The position numbers and the translations under genes are program-made. The notes under the pieces were generated by a model. It had not been told where the DNA came from. It saw only the letters and a program-made list of their open reading frames with translations, and ran no database searches. Positions 1-11,724 of a stretch of DNA of 64,000 bases are shown here, one piece after another. Numbering within the stretch: position 1 is the first letter of the stretch; every line of letters starts with the position of its first letter. Source of the stretch: the human T2T-CHM13v2.0 reference genome, Homo sapiens. Where the stretch lies: assembly GCF_009914755.1 (NCBI RefSeq), contig NC_060926.1, one strand, 5' to 3'.

Positions 1-43
1 GCCGGGCGGGGGCTGCCCCGCACCTCCCTCCCGGACGGTGTGG
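1..43 (-). mobile_element. SVA VNTR fragment (5'-truncated end of a minus-strand SVA that continues left of the window)
   Basis: GCCGGGCGGGGGCTGCCCCGCACCTCCCTCCCGGACGG matches the reverse-strand SVA VNTR unit, followed by an abrupt switch to AT-rich DNA at 44. Confidence 0.75.
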
Positions 44-84
44 AGCAGTCTTTCATCTGTTTTAGTTCTCTGCGCAAATACCAC

Positions 85-330
85 TTACAAGAGACTTTCC
101 CTGTCCACCATGTCTAGAAAGCTATCTTCCAGCAGTTACTCTAATGCCCTTATTTTTCCTCATAGCATTTATCCCCATCTGACATATAATATGTTCATTT
201 ACTTTTCCATTATTTGTATCATCCTACTAGAATGTAAAATTCAGGATGATAGGACATTGTTTTGTTTATTGCTATATTCTCAGTGCCTAGAACAGTATTT
301 AGTATAACAAATGTTTTTGGATACATGCAA
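85..330 (+). mobile_element. L2 3' end relic
   Basis: CTAGAATGTAAAATTC...GCTATATTCTCAGTGCCTAGAACAGT...AAATGTTTTTGGAT resembles the L2 3' terminus. Confidence 0.6.
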
Positions 331-834
331 AAATATGGTTCACAAAATATTCAAAGTCCTAATAGATAGCAACTGATTAATTGACCTAAGTCATGTACCT
401 GCTCCTAAGTATGCCAGTGGGGTGTTTAAAAGTATCTGATCCTTCCGGGTTTCTTGGGGGAAGGTACAACACTGTGTACCACCAAGTCTATATAAAATAG
501 GAGAACCTCCCAAAGGGGCAGCAGCTCTTAATTACAAGAGGAGGAGTGCTTATGGATGTGGACAGCTAAAAGCAACAAATGGCTACTACAAAAAAAATGT
601 GCTCCAATAAGAAATGGTAAACAAGGTAAAGTCAAAAAATAGACCAAAGATATTAGACTCTAGAGATATTATTCAAAGATGTGCTCCACGGAGCAAATGC
701 ATGTATCAGTCACACCATTGTCAAGCAGCTTTTAAAAGCATCCCAAAAGTTAGTGAAAAATACTGTACATGGAAAAAGGGTAGAATATCAACATTATTAA
801 GTAACCTATGAAAATATCCCACAATATAATCATA

Positions 835-1328
835 TATGGCAGACTAAATAATGGCCCTCAAATGTATTCAAGTCCTAATCCCTGGAATCTGTGAATGCAG
901 CCTTATATTGCAAAAGGGCCTTTGCAGATGTGATTAATTAATGCTTTTGAGATGGGGAGATTATGCTGAATTATCTGGGTGGGCCCTGAATGTCATCACA
1001 TGTGCTCTTCAGAGAGGGTGGCAAAGGGAGATTTGATACAGAAGAAGGAAATGTGACTTTGAAGCAAAATGCTAGACTGCTGCCTTTGAAAATGGAGGAA
1101 GGGGCCACCAGCCAAGGAATGCAAGGCATGAGCTCTAGAAGCTGGAAAAAGCAAACAAATTGATTCTCCCAGAGAGCTCTGGAAAGAGGCAACTCCTTGG
1201 TGACACCTTAATTTGGGCCCAGTAAAACTGATTTTGGAATTCTGACCACTGTAAAAGAATCAATCTGTGCTAGCTTAAGCTACAAAGTTTGCAGTAATTT
1301 GTTACAGCAGCTGTAGGAAATTATGCCA
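835..1328 (+). mobile_element. MLT1 (MLT1D-like) MaLR solo LTR
   Basis: GTCCTAATCCCTGGAATCTGTGAATG, TTTGCAGATGTGATTAA, CCAAGGAATGC, CTAGAAGCTGGAAAA and terminal AATTTGTTACAGCAGC motifs. Confidence 0.85.
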
Positions 1329-2510
1329 TACAAACAATGAGGGACACAATTACTGTCGCACAAGTGTTCCAGTAGACATTTGAATTTGGAGTTGAATAAA
1401 ATCGCTGATGCTCAGAGTGTGAATCTGTTATTGACATAGATGTTATTCTTATACAAGGGAGATACACCAAGTACCTTTTTGCTTTAATGCTGAAAAATCT
1501 ATGAGTTGCAACATAGATGGAGAAAAAATACATTGGGACCAGAACTGATCAACATCATCTATGGAATATACAGCAAAGAAGAACATTACTAAGAGAATTT
1601 AAAAGTTTCTCCTGAATGACATGGCCCTTTCAAAGACAAGTTTCAGTCAACTGCTCTTAATTCGGTATTAAAGTAAATAGGATAGATACAAACACAAATT
1701 AAAGCCACTGAGCATATCACATTTCAGTGGACTATACAAAGAAATGAGCATGAATACGCGCCTGTTGATCAACACTGGTTTATGCTGACTGTTAAGTGGA
1801 AAGGTACTCATATGCATTTTGAAAATTAAAGATAAAAATATTTCTTTATGACAAAACTAGATAAAAATAATTCTATTATTTTATATGACTTCATTAAGTA
1901 GTATATTTCAGTAATACATTCAAAATATTTCATAGCCAGAACCTAAGTATTCTAAAATAGTATGATTTTTTTTTGAAATATAGAGGATAAAACTAGGCTT
2001 TCTTTAAAAGGATCAAACCAATATAAATAACTCAATCTAAGATAATTTTGTATTTTTCCTAATAGTTACTTTTTTCACTACTGAGGAAAATAGATAATGA
2101 TGAACTACTGCATGTATTTTTAAGTGTCACCAAATGTTTCAATAGAATGTGAAATTTTACAAAGCTGAATAAAACAAGACTGAATATCATCCACCATTAT
2201 TTCTAAGAAGTATTCAGTCTGTTTTCAAGGGTAATATGCTCATTGAAATACTCAAGCATTTGACCAAAAGCTAAAGTCTTTGCTGAAAGATCTCTATATA
2301 ATTTGAAATGAATATTCCAACCAAAAAGTTCAACTGTCTCACAATGCCACCATATGACAGTTGCCTGTTTCAATGATCTATAATAGTTGATGTTTTCTAA
2401 TATAGAAGCATAGAAGGAATAAGAGAAAAAAATAGATATGAGATGTGATCTATGGCTTCAGGTAGCTATAATTTAATTATATACATATTATTCAAAGACT
2501 GAAATGATAT

Positions 2511-3185
2511 TGGTACAGTGAGTAGCTAGTTCAGCAGAAGCAGGGGAGGACAGTGCTGTCCCCCTCCCCCAACACACACACCAGGAATGCCAGGCAATCA
2601 TCAAGAGATCATCAGGTAGTTGTTAACTGTCTTGCTAAAATAATAATTAGTCCCAGCTGGCACCACGGAAAGGCAGCTCTCAATAAATAAAAAACACCTC
2701 AAACATGATCAGCAGCCTCCCAGTAAGAACTCAGGAGTTGGGCTACTGGGCTCAAGCATGCACATTAACAGGCTAAATGGTGATGTTTAACTGTGTATGA
2801 CATTCCAAAATGAAGAGAAGAACACCTCAAGTGAGCATGTGTACAACTCCAGTAAACCTGCTATCAGACCACTGCACAGGCAGATGCCCACCTCAAGGGA
2901 AGAATCAGGGGAGAAAAGACACAAGACCCCAAAGCATGCCAATCTATAAAACCCCAAGTCAGTCAAACTGTGCACTTGATCTCTCAAGTCACCCGCTTGG
3001 CGCCCTTCCAAGTGTGCTATACTTCCTTTCATTCCTGCTCTAAAGCTTTTTAATAAACTTTCACTCCTGCTCTAAAACTTCCCTCAGTCTCTCCTTCTGC
3101 CTTGTGCCCCTCAGTCAAATTCTTTCTTCTGAGGAGGCAAGAATTGAAGTTGCTGCAGACCCATGTGGATTTGCTGCTGGTAACA
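2511..3185 (+). mobile_element. MER50 (ERV1) solo LTR
   Basis: TG...CA ends with 4-bp TSD ATAT (2507-2510/3186-3189); TATAAAA box near 2945, AATAAA near 3052; MER50-type 3' end TTCTGAGGAGGCAAGAATTGA...GGTAACA. Confidence 0.85.
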
Positions 3186-3313
3186 ATATCATCCCACTAA
3201 TTGAATAAAGTAAAAATGCTTTAACTCTATAAATTTCATGCTTGCATTTTTACTCTATAAACTTGTTTATCTAAAATTGATAATCTGTTTGTATATTTAA
3301 AAACATAAAAACA

Positions 3314-3631
<318 letters not shown>

Positions 3632-4345
3632 TTAAAACATATAAAATTATATTGTATATTTAAAATATACAAAAATATATCATATATTAAAAATATACAA
3701 AAATATATTTAAAAATATACAAAAAAGTATGCTCACACAGAGAGGTTACTTTCCAAAAAAAAAAAAAAATGAACACCTGGAGAACATTGAATACTTGTAG
3801 ATTTCAGAATCTTTCATTTCTCTCCTATTTTCCTTACTGTTTCTCATGGTATCTTGCCATCTATTCTGAGATGTTAGTTCCCTAACTTCTCATTCATTTG
3901 AAGTGCCAGCTGGTTACTTGCCCAGCTCGGTCCTTTGTTCTTTTAATTCTAGATTGTCTTCCTCTCATATTTTCCCAAAAATAATCATAAAAATATTTCT
4001 AGTCCCACATGCCTTTCTAGAACTTTGCCACTCCCTGTCAAGAGGTATAGTCTATTTCTCCTCTCCTTGAACCTAGGTTTAATTTTATGACTGCCTCATT
4101 GAATAAAATGTATTATAAGTGATGCTGTATAACTTCCAAGACTAAGTCACAAAAGATTATTTGGTTTCCACCTGTCTCTTGCTTTTGTGATGCTTGCTGT
4201 TAGAACTCAGCCACCAATCTCTGAGGAAGTTTCAACTAGCCCATACAGAAAAACTATATAAAGAGACCCACATAGAGAGGATCTGAGACATCTTTCAATA
4301 GTTATCATCAAACACTAGACGTGTTAAATGAGCAAGACTTTAGAT

Positions 4346-4564
4346 CAGGGTATCCAATCTTTTGGCTTTTCTGAGCCACATTGGAAGAAGAACAATTGTC
4401 TTGGGCCACACATAGAATACACCAACACTAACAACAGCTGATAAGCTAAAGAAAAAAAATCACAAAAACCCCTCATATTTAAATTAAGAAAGTTTATGAG
4501 TTTGTGTTGGGCTGCATTCAAAGCCATCCTGGGCTGCATGCAGCCCACAGGTTGGACAAGCTTG
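4346..4564 (+). mobile_element. MER30 (hAT-Charlie non-autonomous DNA transposon)
   Basis: CAGGGTATCCAATCTTTTGGC...GGTTGGACAAGCTTG ends; 8-bp TSD CTTTAGAT/CTTTACAT. Confidence 0.85.
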
Positions 4565-4726
4565 CTTTACATGATCTCAGCCCCTTACCTTTGAGATGCC
4601 CCAGACGACATAAAGTGCACCAGATATGAGCTATCTCCACTGAGCCTTGCCTAAACTGCAGTTTCATGAGCAAAATAAATATTGTCAGTGTCTTAAGTCA
4701 CTGAATTCAGAGGTTGTTGGTTATAC

Positions 4727-5063
4727 CAGCAGTTCTCAACCTTTTTGGCATTAGGGATAGGTTTCACCGAGGACAATTTTTCCATGTACCAGGAGGAGGA
4801 GCGCAGATGGTTTGGGGATGAAACTGTTCCACCTCAGATCACCAGGCATTGGATTCTCATAAGGAGCGCCCAACCGAGATCCCTCGCATGCACTGTTAAT
4901 AGGGTTCGTGCTCCTATGAGAATTTAATGCTGCCACTGATCTGACAGAAGGCAGAGCTCAGGCGGTAATGCTCACTCACCAGCTGCTCACCTTCTGCTGT
5001 GCAGCCGGTTCCTAAAAGGCAACAAATCATACTGGTCCACGGCCCGGGAGTTGGGGACCCCTG
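4727..5063 (+). mobile_element. MER1B (hAT-Charlie)
   Basis: CAGCAGTTCTCAACCTTTTTGGC...GTTGGGGACCCCTG TIRs; perfect 8-bp TSD GGTTATAC (4719-4726/5064-5071). Confidence 0.9.
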
Positions 5064-5142
5064 GGTTATACAGCCATAGTATCTGGAACACAGCCATGAG
5101 GTAACTTGAACTAAGCCTTGGAAACAAGAAACTAAGTACTAC

Positions 5143-5355
5143 TGTGGTATTATGACATATATATGTATCTCATTTTATATATACGTAGCCTTTCATTCAT
5201 GGTTCCTGGTTCATAACTCTCATAGCCCTTGTTATAATGTTAGAGTGCTTTAGGCCTCAAGAGAAGGCCTCAGAAAACAGAATCTCTGTCTCTGTCTCTC
5301 TTTCTCTCTGACCTTCTCCTGCCCTCTTTTCACCTGCTCCTTTTTCTCCCCAAGG
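5143..5355 (+). mobile_element. MER21A-like LTR, 5' part only
   Basis: TGTGGTATTATGA...GGTTCCTGGTTCATAACTCTCATAGCCCTTGTTA...CTGACCTTCTCCTGCCCT...CCCCAAGG, then breaks off. Confidence 0.7.
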
Positions 5356-5360
5356 TTTAA

Positions 5361-5823
5361 CCAAGCACCAAGTTTATTTACCTTTTGAAGGGATATAGTT
5401 CAGGAAATGTAGCAGAAAAATAATTGGCATTTTCATCAAAAAGTATTCTAAAAACCTAGGTACAGCTTCTAGACTCCAGCCCTAGATGGACACAGTTAGT
5501 TGCAAGAGATAATGTTTACATGGGTGGACCAGCTCCACAAAGAATATCTGCTAACTATGTTCTTCATTGTTTTTTTGTACAGTCCTAAGTCATGTAGCCT
5601 AGCAGGGTCTGTGTGTGAATTTAACATTCCGCCAGTTGAGGGGTAGTCCATAAATCAGGTGTTGTACATTAAGCAATGATAACAAAGTCCCGATACTGTT
5701 AACATTTCAAATCTGGATCAACTTGGTATAATTTCAGAAACAGTGTTGCAAGGAGTTAAGGTCGCCTTCCAAGACGTTCTTGGATGTGGAAAAAAAATGA
5801 TCCAGACTATTGTTAACACATTC
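5361..5823 (+). pseudogene. Candidate endogenous bornavirus-like glycoprotein element (EBLG): decayed C-terminal ectodomain fragment
   Basis: Conceptual translation PSTKFIYLLKGYSSGNVAEK*LAFSSKSILKT*VQLLDSSPRWTQLVARDNVYMGGPAPQRISANYVLHC /+1 shift in T7 run 5570-5576/ LYSPKSCSLAGSVCEFNIPPVEG*SINQVLYIKQ**QSPDTVNISNLDQLGIISETVLQGVKVAFQDVLGCGKKMIQTIVNTF. Collinear anchors to recalled BoDV-1 G: LQT, P-x13-G, PRRIRYN, PINH, NITSTD, AFLNPLGW. No search was run. Confidence 0.55.
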
Positions 5824-6037
5824 ACCCACACTCACACAGTAAAACCTTCTCCAACATAAAGCAAATAAATAAAACAATAATTGCATATGTGATTTAAAAA
5901 TCACAAATCTCAAACTAAAAAACTCAGATAGAAACAGACAAAAAATAGGAAGGTGTGACAAAAGAGATGATCAAACACCAGAAAGAAACCGAAGAAAAAG
6001 ATAAAATCAGCTCAAAACTAAAAAACATTATTCAAAA

Positions 6038-6306
6038 GGCGAGGAGCAGTGGCTTACACCTGGTAACCCTAGCACTTTGGGAAGCCAATGTGGAGGAATC
6101 ACTTGAGCCCAGAAGTTCCAGACTAGCCTGGCCAAGATGGTGAAACCCAGTATAAGCCGGGTGCGATGGCACGTGCCTGTAGTCTCAGCTACTCAGGAGG
6201 CTGAGGTGGAAGAATTGCTTGAGCCCACGAGGTACAGGTTGTAGTGAGCCAAGATCATGTCACTGCACCCCAGCCTGGCTGACATAGCAAGACTCTGTCT
6301 CAAAAA
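6038..6306 (+). mobile_element. AluJ lacking most of the central A-rich linker
   Basis: J-type TCACTTGAGCCCAG in both arms; AAACCCAGTATAAGCCGGG replaces the A5TACA6 linker. Confidence 0.9.
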
Positions 6307-7293
6307 CTACAAAACGCCCAAGGGAGAAAATAGATTAAAAATTGAAGGTATGGTAAGGGATACAGGGGATAAAAATAAAAGGAACCTTAGAAAACAAAAT
6401 GACATAAACAGAGAGGCAACAAAGTATCTGAGAGAAAGAGATAAATATAGAAGAAAGGCAAAACGACACAACATACTACAAATTAGGTCTCCCTATGAAG
6501 AAAAACAAAGGGATAGAACAGAGTACTTTAAATTATATCCAAAGAAACCTTCCCAGAAATAAAAGGCATGAATCAATTTAGTAAGAGTTCACCATATACT
6601 TGAGAAAATGGATAAGGGTGGTCAACTTTACGACATTATTATAAAGCAACTATTAGACTTTAAATATGAATGTTTTAATCCTCTAAACTTCTTAGTAAAA
6701 TGATTATGTCACCTACAAATTTGTTTAAAGACCATGTTGCCAGCAGCATATATGTATATTTTTAAAGCTAATGATGTAGCAATATTTTTTAAATGCAAGA
6801 AAAGACAGTGTGATTCAAGCATTTTATATCAAATCAAGCTGTCCAACTGTAAAACTAAACATACAGTAACATCCAACCACAGTATTACTGGGGACACTTC
6901 TGTAAAACAATTAATGAAGAACACTTACAACATTTAATTGTAACTGTAATACCAAAACAAAGGCATAATACAGGAAGAAGAATGCCATGTAAATGGTATC
7001 TGTACAGGAAAAGGAGAAATAACAAAGTCTAACAGTAAAAGAAAGAAGTAGAACAAGCTAACTATTTCCAGTTGAGTGATAGGGGGTAGTAGAAGGAAAT
7101 GATTTAAGAAGGCAAACCAGTTAGTAGAATCGTAAAGAGGAAAAGGGTCTAAAAGCAATACAAAAATATTAATATAAAGAAAAGTAGTATATAAAAACTA
7201 CATACCTTCCTAAATACCAAAAACATATAAAAAATTCAAAAATTGAAAAACAAATTAAATAATACATAGAATACTATCACAGAGGTAAGGCTC

Positions 7294-7584
7294 AAAATAC
7301 AACAACAAGAAGATAATTAGACATTCCTGTGTTTTGAAACTTAAAAAATAGGTTAAAGAAGAAATAACAGAAAATAGAAAATATTCAGAAAGGAATACAA
7401 CAAGAAGCTGCCTAATAGAATTTTTGGATATTTCTAAAGCAGTAATCAGAGAGAAAATGTCTTAAATACATATATTTGTTCAAAAAAAGGATAAAAGTCA
7501 ATGAACTAAGCATCCATCTTAAAAAGTTACAAAAAATAAAATATACCCAAAGATACTGGAAAATAAAGAGAAATAAGTGGCAAT
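7294..7584 (+). repeat. 291-bp dispersed direct duplication, derived copy (source 8988-9278)
   Basis: Identical to 8988-9278 except two substitutions seen by eye (7303/8997, 7481/9175). Confidence 0.95.
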
Positions 7585-8987
7585 CATATCAATAAATGTA
7601 AATTCTCTACTCTCCTATTTAAAGATTTTAGAATGGCTAACAAAGAAAAATCCAGCACCATTCTGTGCATAAAAAACATCCCAAACAATATGATTTTGCA
7701 AAGCTAAAACTAAAGAATGGATAAAGATATACTTGGCAAATGCAAAAAATAAGAAAACAGAGGTTGTGGTCTTAATATTAAACAAAGAAAGTCCAATTCT
7801 GGCCCCAAAACAATTAATGAGACACAGAAAGACATTTTATAATGCTAAAGGCCATAGTCCACAATGAAAACATAAAAAGAGTATGTATGAATATATATAC
7901 CAAATAAGCAACATAAATGCAAGAAGACAGAATAGACTGATAAATAAGAGACTCTAACACCATAGTCATGTTCTAAGAAGGTTAAGGGGAAAAAAAGTGA
8001 TTAATAACGTATGATTTGTGAAGCTTTCTTTGCACCCAGTAACAAAGAATGCATCCTCTTTGCAAACATGTATAAGCATTAAATTACATGCCATAAAACA
8101 AAACATATATTTTATCTGGTGACCATGAAATAAAAATAAAAATTAATAATAAAAATTGTTTTTAAAGCAGTCTTTTCATCTGGAAATTCAGAACCTTTTT
8201 ATTAAACAATGCTTAGGTCAGCAGGAAAATTCAAATCGCAATTGTAGAATTTCTATAATCTATGGAAAACAAAAGCAGTGATCAGATGAAAATTCATAGC
8301 CTTAGATACTTATAACAATAAAAATGGAAAAATAAAAATGTACAAATTAAATTACCAACTCAAAACAGCTAGTCAAACAACAAAGTAAAAAAAATTAGAT
8401 ACTAATGAGGTTAAAAAAACTATTTTAAAAAATTAAATAAAATAAGTGACCAGAAAACTTAATTTAAAAAGTAAAGCATAGATGGAGGAAATGTTTAAAT
8501 GATGGCAAAAGGGAAAATTACCTTTAAACATAAAGAATTTCTTTTAATCACAAAATCTACTTTGAACAACTCTAAATCAAATTAATTTGAAAACCTAAAT
8601 GAAATGGATAATTCCTTTAAAAATGACAACCTACCTCTTTGAACTTAGTGCAAATAAAAAGTTTAAAGAAAACAACACTCTCCAAAAGAGAATACAGAAC
8701 TGAAACAATAAATAGGCAAATCATGATAGAAGATTATAACACATTAATTTGAGAATAGAACAGGCTGACAAAGTATCAGTAAAAATACAGTTTACTTGAG
8801 CAATATTATTAAAATTGAGCTAATGAACAAATGAACAATCCACTCCAAATATTTCAAACATGCATGCTTTTTGTGCACACCTGGAATGTGTTTGGAAATT
8901 GACTACACAAGGACCAATAAAGGAGTCTCAAAAATGTTAAAGGATTAAAATCTACAATAACATTTTAAACCACAGTGCACTAATTTG

Positions 8988-9278
8988 AAAATACAATAAC
9001 AAGAAGATAATTAGACATTCCTGTGTTTTGAAACTTAAAAAATAGGTTAAAGAAGAAATAACAGAAAATAGAAAATATTCAGAAAGGAATACAACAAGAA
9101 GCTGCCTAATAGAATTTTTGGATATTTCTAAAGCAGTAATCAGAGAGAAAATGTCTTAAATACATATATTTGTTTAAAAAAAGGATAAAAGTCAATGAAC
9201 TAAGCATCCATCTTAAAAAGTTACAAAAAATAAAATATACCCAAAGATACTGGAAAATAAAGAGAAATAAGTGGCAAT
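8988..9278 (+). repeat. 291-bp dispersed direct duplication, source copy within L1M ORF2
   Basis: Collinear with flanking L1 ORF2 sequence; near-identical to 7294-7584. Confidence 0.95.
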
Positions 9279-10006
9279 TAATTAAATAGAAAATAAAATA
9301 GTATAGAGGAAAAAAAGCTGAAAGTTCTGTGAAGAGATTGCTAAGACTGACAAGCATCTGGCAAGGTCAATCAAATAAAAGAAAAATAACATATGGAATG
9401 AAAAGGGAGACATACTACAGATGTTGCAGGCATATAAAATGAAGTAAAATAATTTTATTAACAACTACACTGAAAATTTAAACAAAATGGACTAATTCCC
9501 ATAAAAAATCACTTGCCAAAGTTAACTCAATAAGGAATGGAAAATCTAAACAGCCTTAAAACATAAGTATTAAAAAAATTGAATGAGAAATATAAAATGT
9601 TTTCACGAAGACAACTTTAGGCTCAGGGAGGTTTACCAGCAAATTCAACCAGCATGGAAGATACAACAAATTTTAAGCTTTCACAAACTGTTCCAGGGGA
9701 AACACTCCCCTACTCACTTTACCAATTAAAATAATTTTTATGCCAAATCCAACAAGAACAATGCAAAACGGACTATCACAGGCCTATTTAAATTAACGCA
9801 GGTGCAAAATCCTGAACCAAATATTAGCAAAACTAATTCAGCAATATATAAAGAAGATAATATATCCTAACCAAGTTAGGTTTATCCCAGGAAATGTAAG
9901 GTTGGTTTAATAAGAAAAAGATAAATTAACGGATTAAAGAAAAAAAATCATATAATTATCTCATTTGGTACAGAACAACTATTTGATAAAAATTAAGCGT
10001 CAATTG

Positions 10007-10327
10007 TGTATTAGTCCAACCGAGTAATTAAAGGAGGTTTAATTGACTCACTTCTGAAAGGCTGGGGAGGCCTCAGGAAACCTACAATCCTGGCGGAAGG
10101 CAAAGGAGAAACAGACACTTTCTTCACGAGGCGGCAAGAGAGAGAAAAGAGCGGTGGAGAAACTTCCAAACACTTTACAACCATCAGTTCTCGTGAGAAC
10201 TCACTCACTATTAGGAGAGCAGCATGGGGGAAACTACCCCCATAATCCCATCATCTCCCTCCCTCCACACCTGGGGACTACAAATCAAGATGAGATTTAA
10301 ATGGGGACACAGAGTCAAACCATATCA
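10007..10327 (-). mobile_element. THE1D/MSTA-type MaLR solo LTR
   Basis: TGTATTAGTCC...CAAACCATATCA ends; 5-bp TSD AATTG (10002-10006/10328-10332). Confidence 0.9.
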
Positions 10328-10569
10328 AATTGATAATTAAAAAAAAAAATTAGTCTAATTTCCTAGCAAGGAACTTCCTTAACCTGATCATGGATATCTG
10401 CAATGACGAAACTACAGAAAACATTGAATGGTGAAATGCTAAGGCTGTTCCTTTAACATCAAGAAAGTGCTCCATTCTCTTCCCAAGAAGAGAAACTGCT
10501 CGTCTTTCTCTGTACTTTCTCCATTACTGATTTCACCCAATCACATGCCATATTACTGTAAGTAAACAA

Positions 10570-11460
10570 TAATACAATGTATATCTGTAATCCAGATTCC
10601 TCCCCAGGCTTCCATACTGATATATCAAACTACTTACTAGAAATACACTTGGATGTCCGTTTTAGTGTGTCTGAAATGTGACTTCAGTCTCCCCATCACT
10701 GCTACCACCACCCACTAACAACAGACCTGCTCCACCTGCAGTCTACAGAATCAGACCGCTTCTCCTCACCTCAATTACTACCACCTGGGTCCACACCAAC
10801 AGCCTCTCTCTGTATTGCAATAGCCTCTTAATTGGTCTCCTTGCTTCTGGCATTGCCTCTCAACAGTAATCGAGAGAATCGAGAGGACAAAGTGATCCTA
10901 GGACAATGTCAGTCAGAGCATGTCCTATGGCTCCCCATTACATTCAGAGTAAAAACCAAAGGAAATTTTATTCCACCAGGCCCTGCACGATATTTACCCC
11001 TTTCTCCCAGAATACACCTTCAACTTCATCTCCTACCATTCTATCCACTTGTTCACTCTGCTACAAGCACATTAGCCTCCTTACTGTTTCTTAAAAATAC
11101 CTGGCATGCTTCCATCTTGGGGCTTTTCACGTCTGGTTTCCTCTGCCTGGATGCCTTTCCCTAAATACTCAAATGTGTCACTTCTCAAATGTTTGCTTAA
11201 ATATCATTCAAGTAAGGCCTATCCTGACCTCGCTAAGATTTCAACAAGGTCCCCAATACTCTGTATGATTTTTTCCAAGCTACTATAAAAATGTGTTTAT
11301 ATGCAACGGTTATTCTGTTCTTCATCAGAATGTTAGTTTTATAAAGAGAAGTATTTTTTTGTTCTCTTGTTTAGAGGCATATTTGCAGTTCCTAGAACTT
11401 TATCCAGCACAAAATAGGCACACAGTAAATATTTACAAAATCAATACATGAATGAGTATG
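10570..11460 (+). mobile_element. L2 (L2a-like) 3' region
   Basis: CACTTGGATGTC, ATGGCTCCCCATTACATTCAGAGTAAAA, CTCTGCCTGGATGCCTTTCC and a terminal CCTAGAAC...GCACACAGTAAATATTT...ATGAATGAG. Confidence 0.75.
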
Positions 11461-11724
11461 TAAAGCAAAGGTGCTTTTGGTTACGTACAAAAATTGTTTC
11501 ACCTAAAATTCTGAGTTGAGGTTTTTAAATCTCTGATAATCCTTGCTAGTCATTTCAGTACATTTCTGACATCTGCAGTGCATCCCAAAAATCAGGCTAA
11601 TAGAATACTGAAGGTAATAAATTTCTGTATTGATTTCAAGACTTTTAAAAATTGAGTTCAACACTAAATCCATGTGTCATAAGATAAATGAAAATTATGT
11701 TAAAAAATAAAAAATTTAAAAAAT

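Larger units (their letters stand above)
3960..5090 (+). mobile_element. MLT1 (G/H-like) LTR interrupted by MER30 and MER1B
   Basis: CAAGAGGTATAGTCTATTTCTCCTCTCCTTGAA, GAACTCAGCCACCA, GAGCAAAATAAAT and terminal CAGCCATAGTATCTGGAACA; the sequence resumes across both insertions. Confidence 0.75.
5830..10460 (+). mobile_element. Old L1M (ORF1 plus ORF2 EN/RT relics; probably two adjacent elements), interrupted by AluJ and THE1/MST
   Basis: A-rich sense strand; ORF2-start-like ATCAATAAATGTAAA near 7590; CCAAGTTAGGTTTATCCCAGGAAATG near 9870; TTTGATAAAAATT near 9982. Confidence 0.75.

Noticed and set aside
614-811. Short ORFs in unique sequence before MLT1D
   Set aside because: No credible splice sites or homology, and the length is within chance expectation.
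1330-1560. Unique sequence with a C-x4-C-x2-Y pattern (ICY*HRCYSY) recalling the bornavirus G N-terminus
   Set aside because: The following WGFFG-type motif is absent, spacing is off and stops are frequent. It is probably chance, but worth including in the same blastx search.
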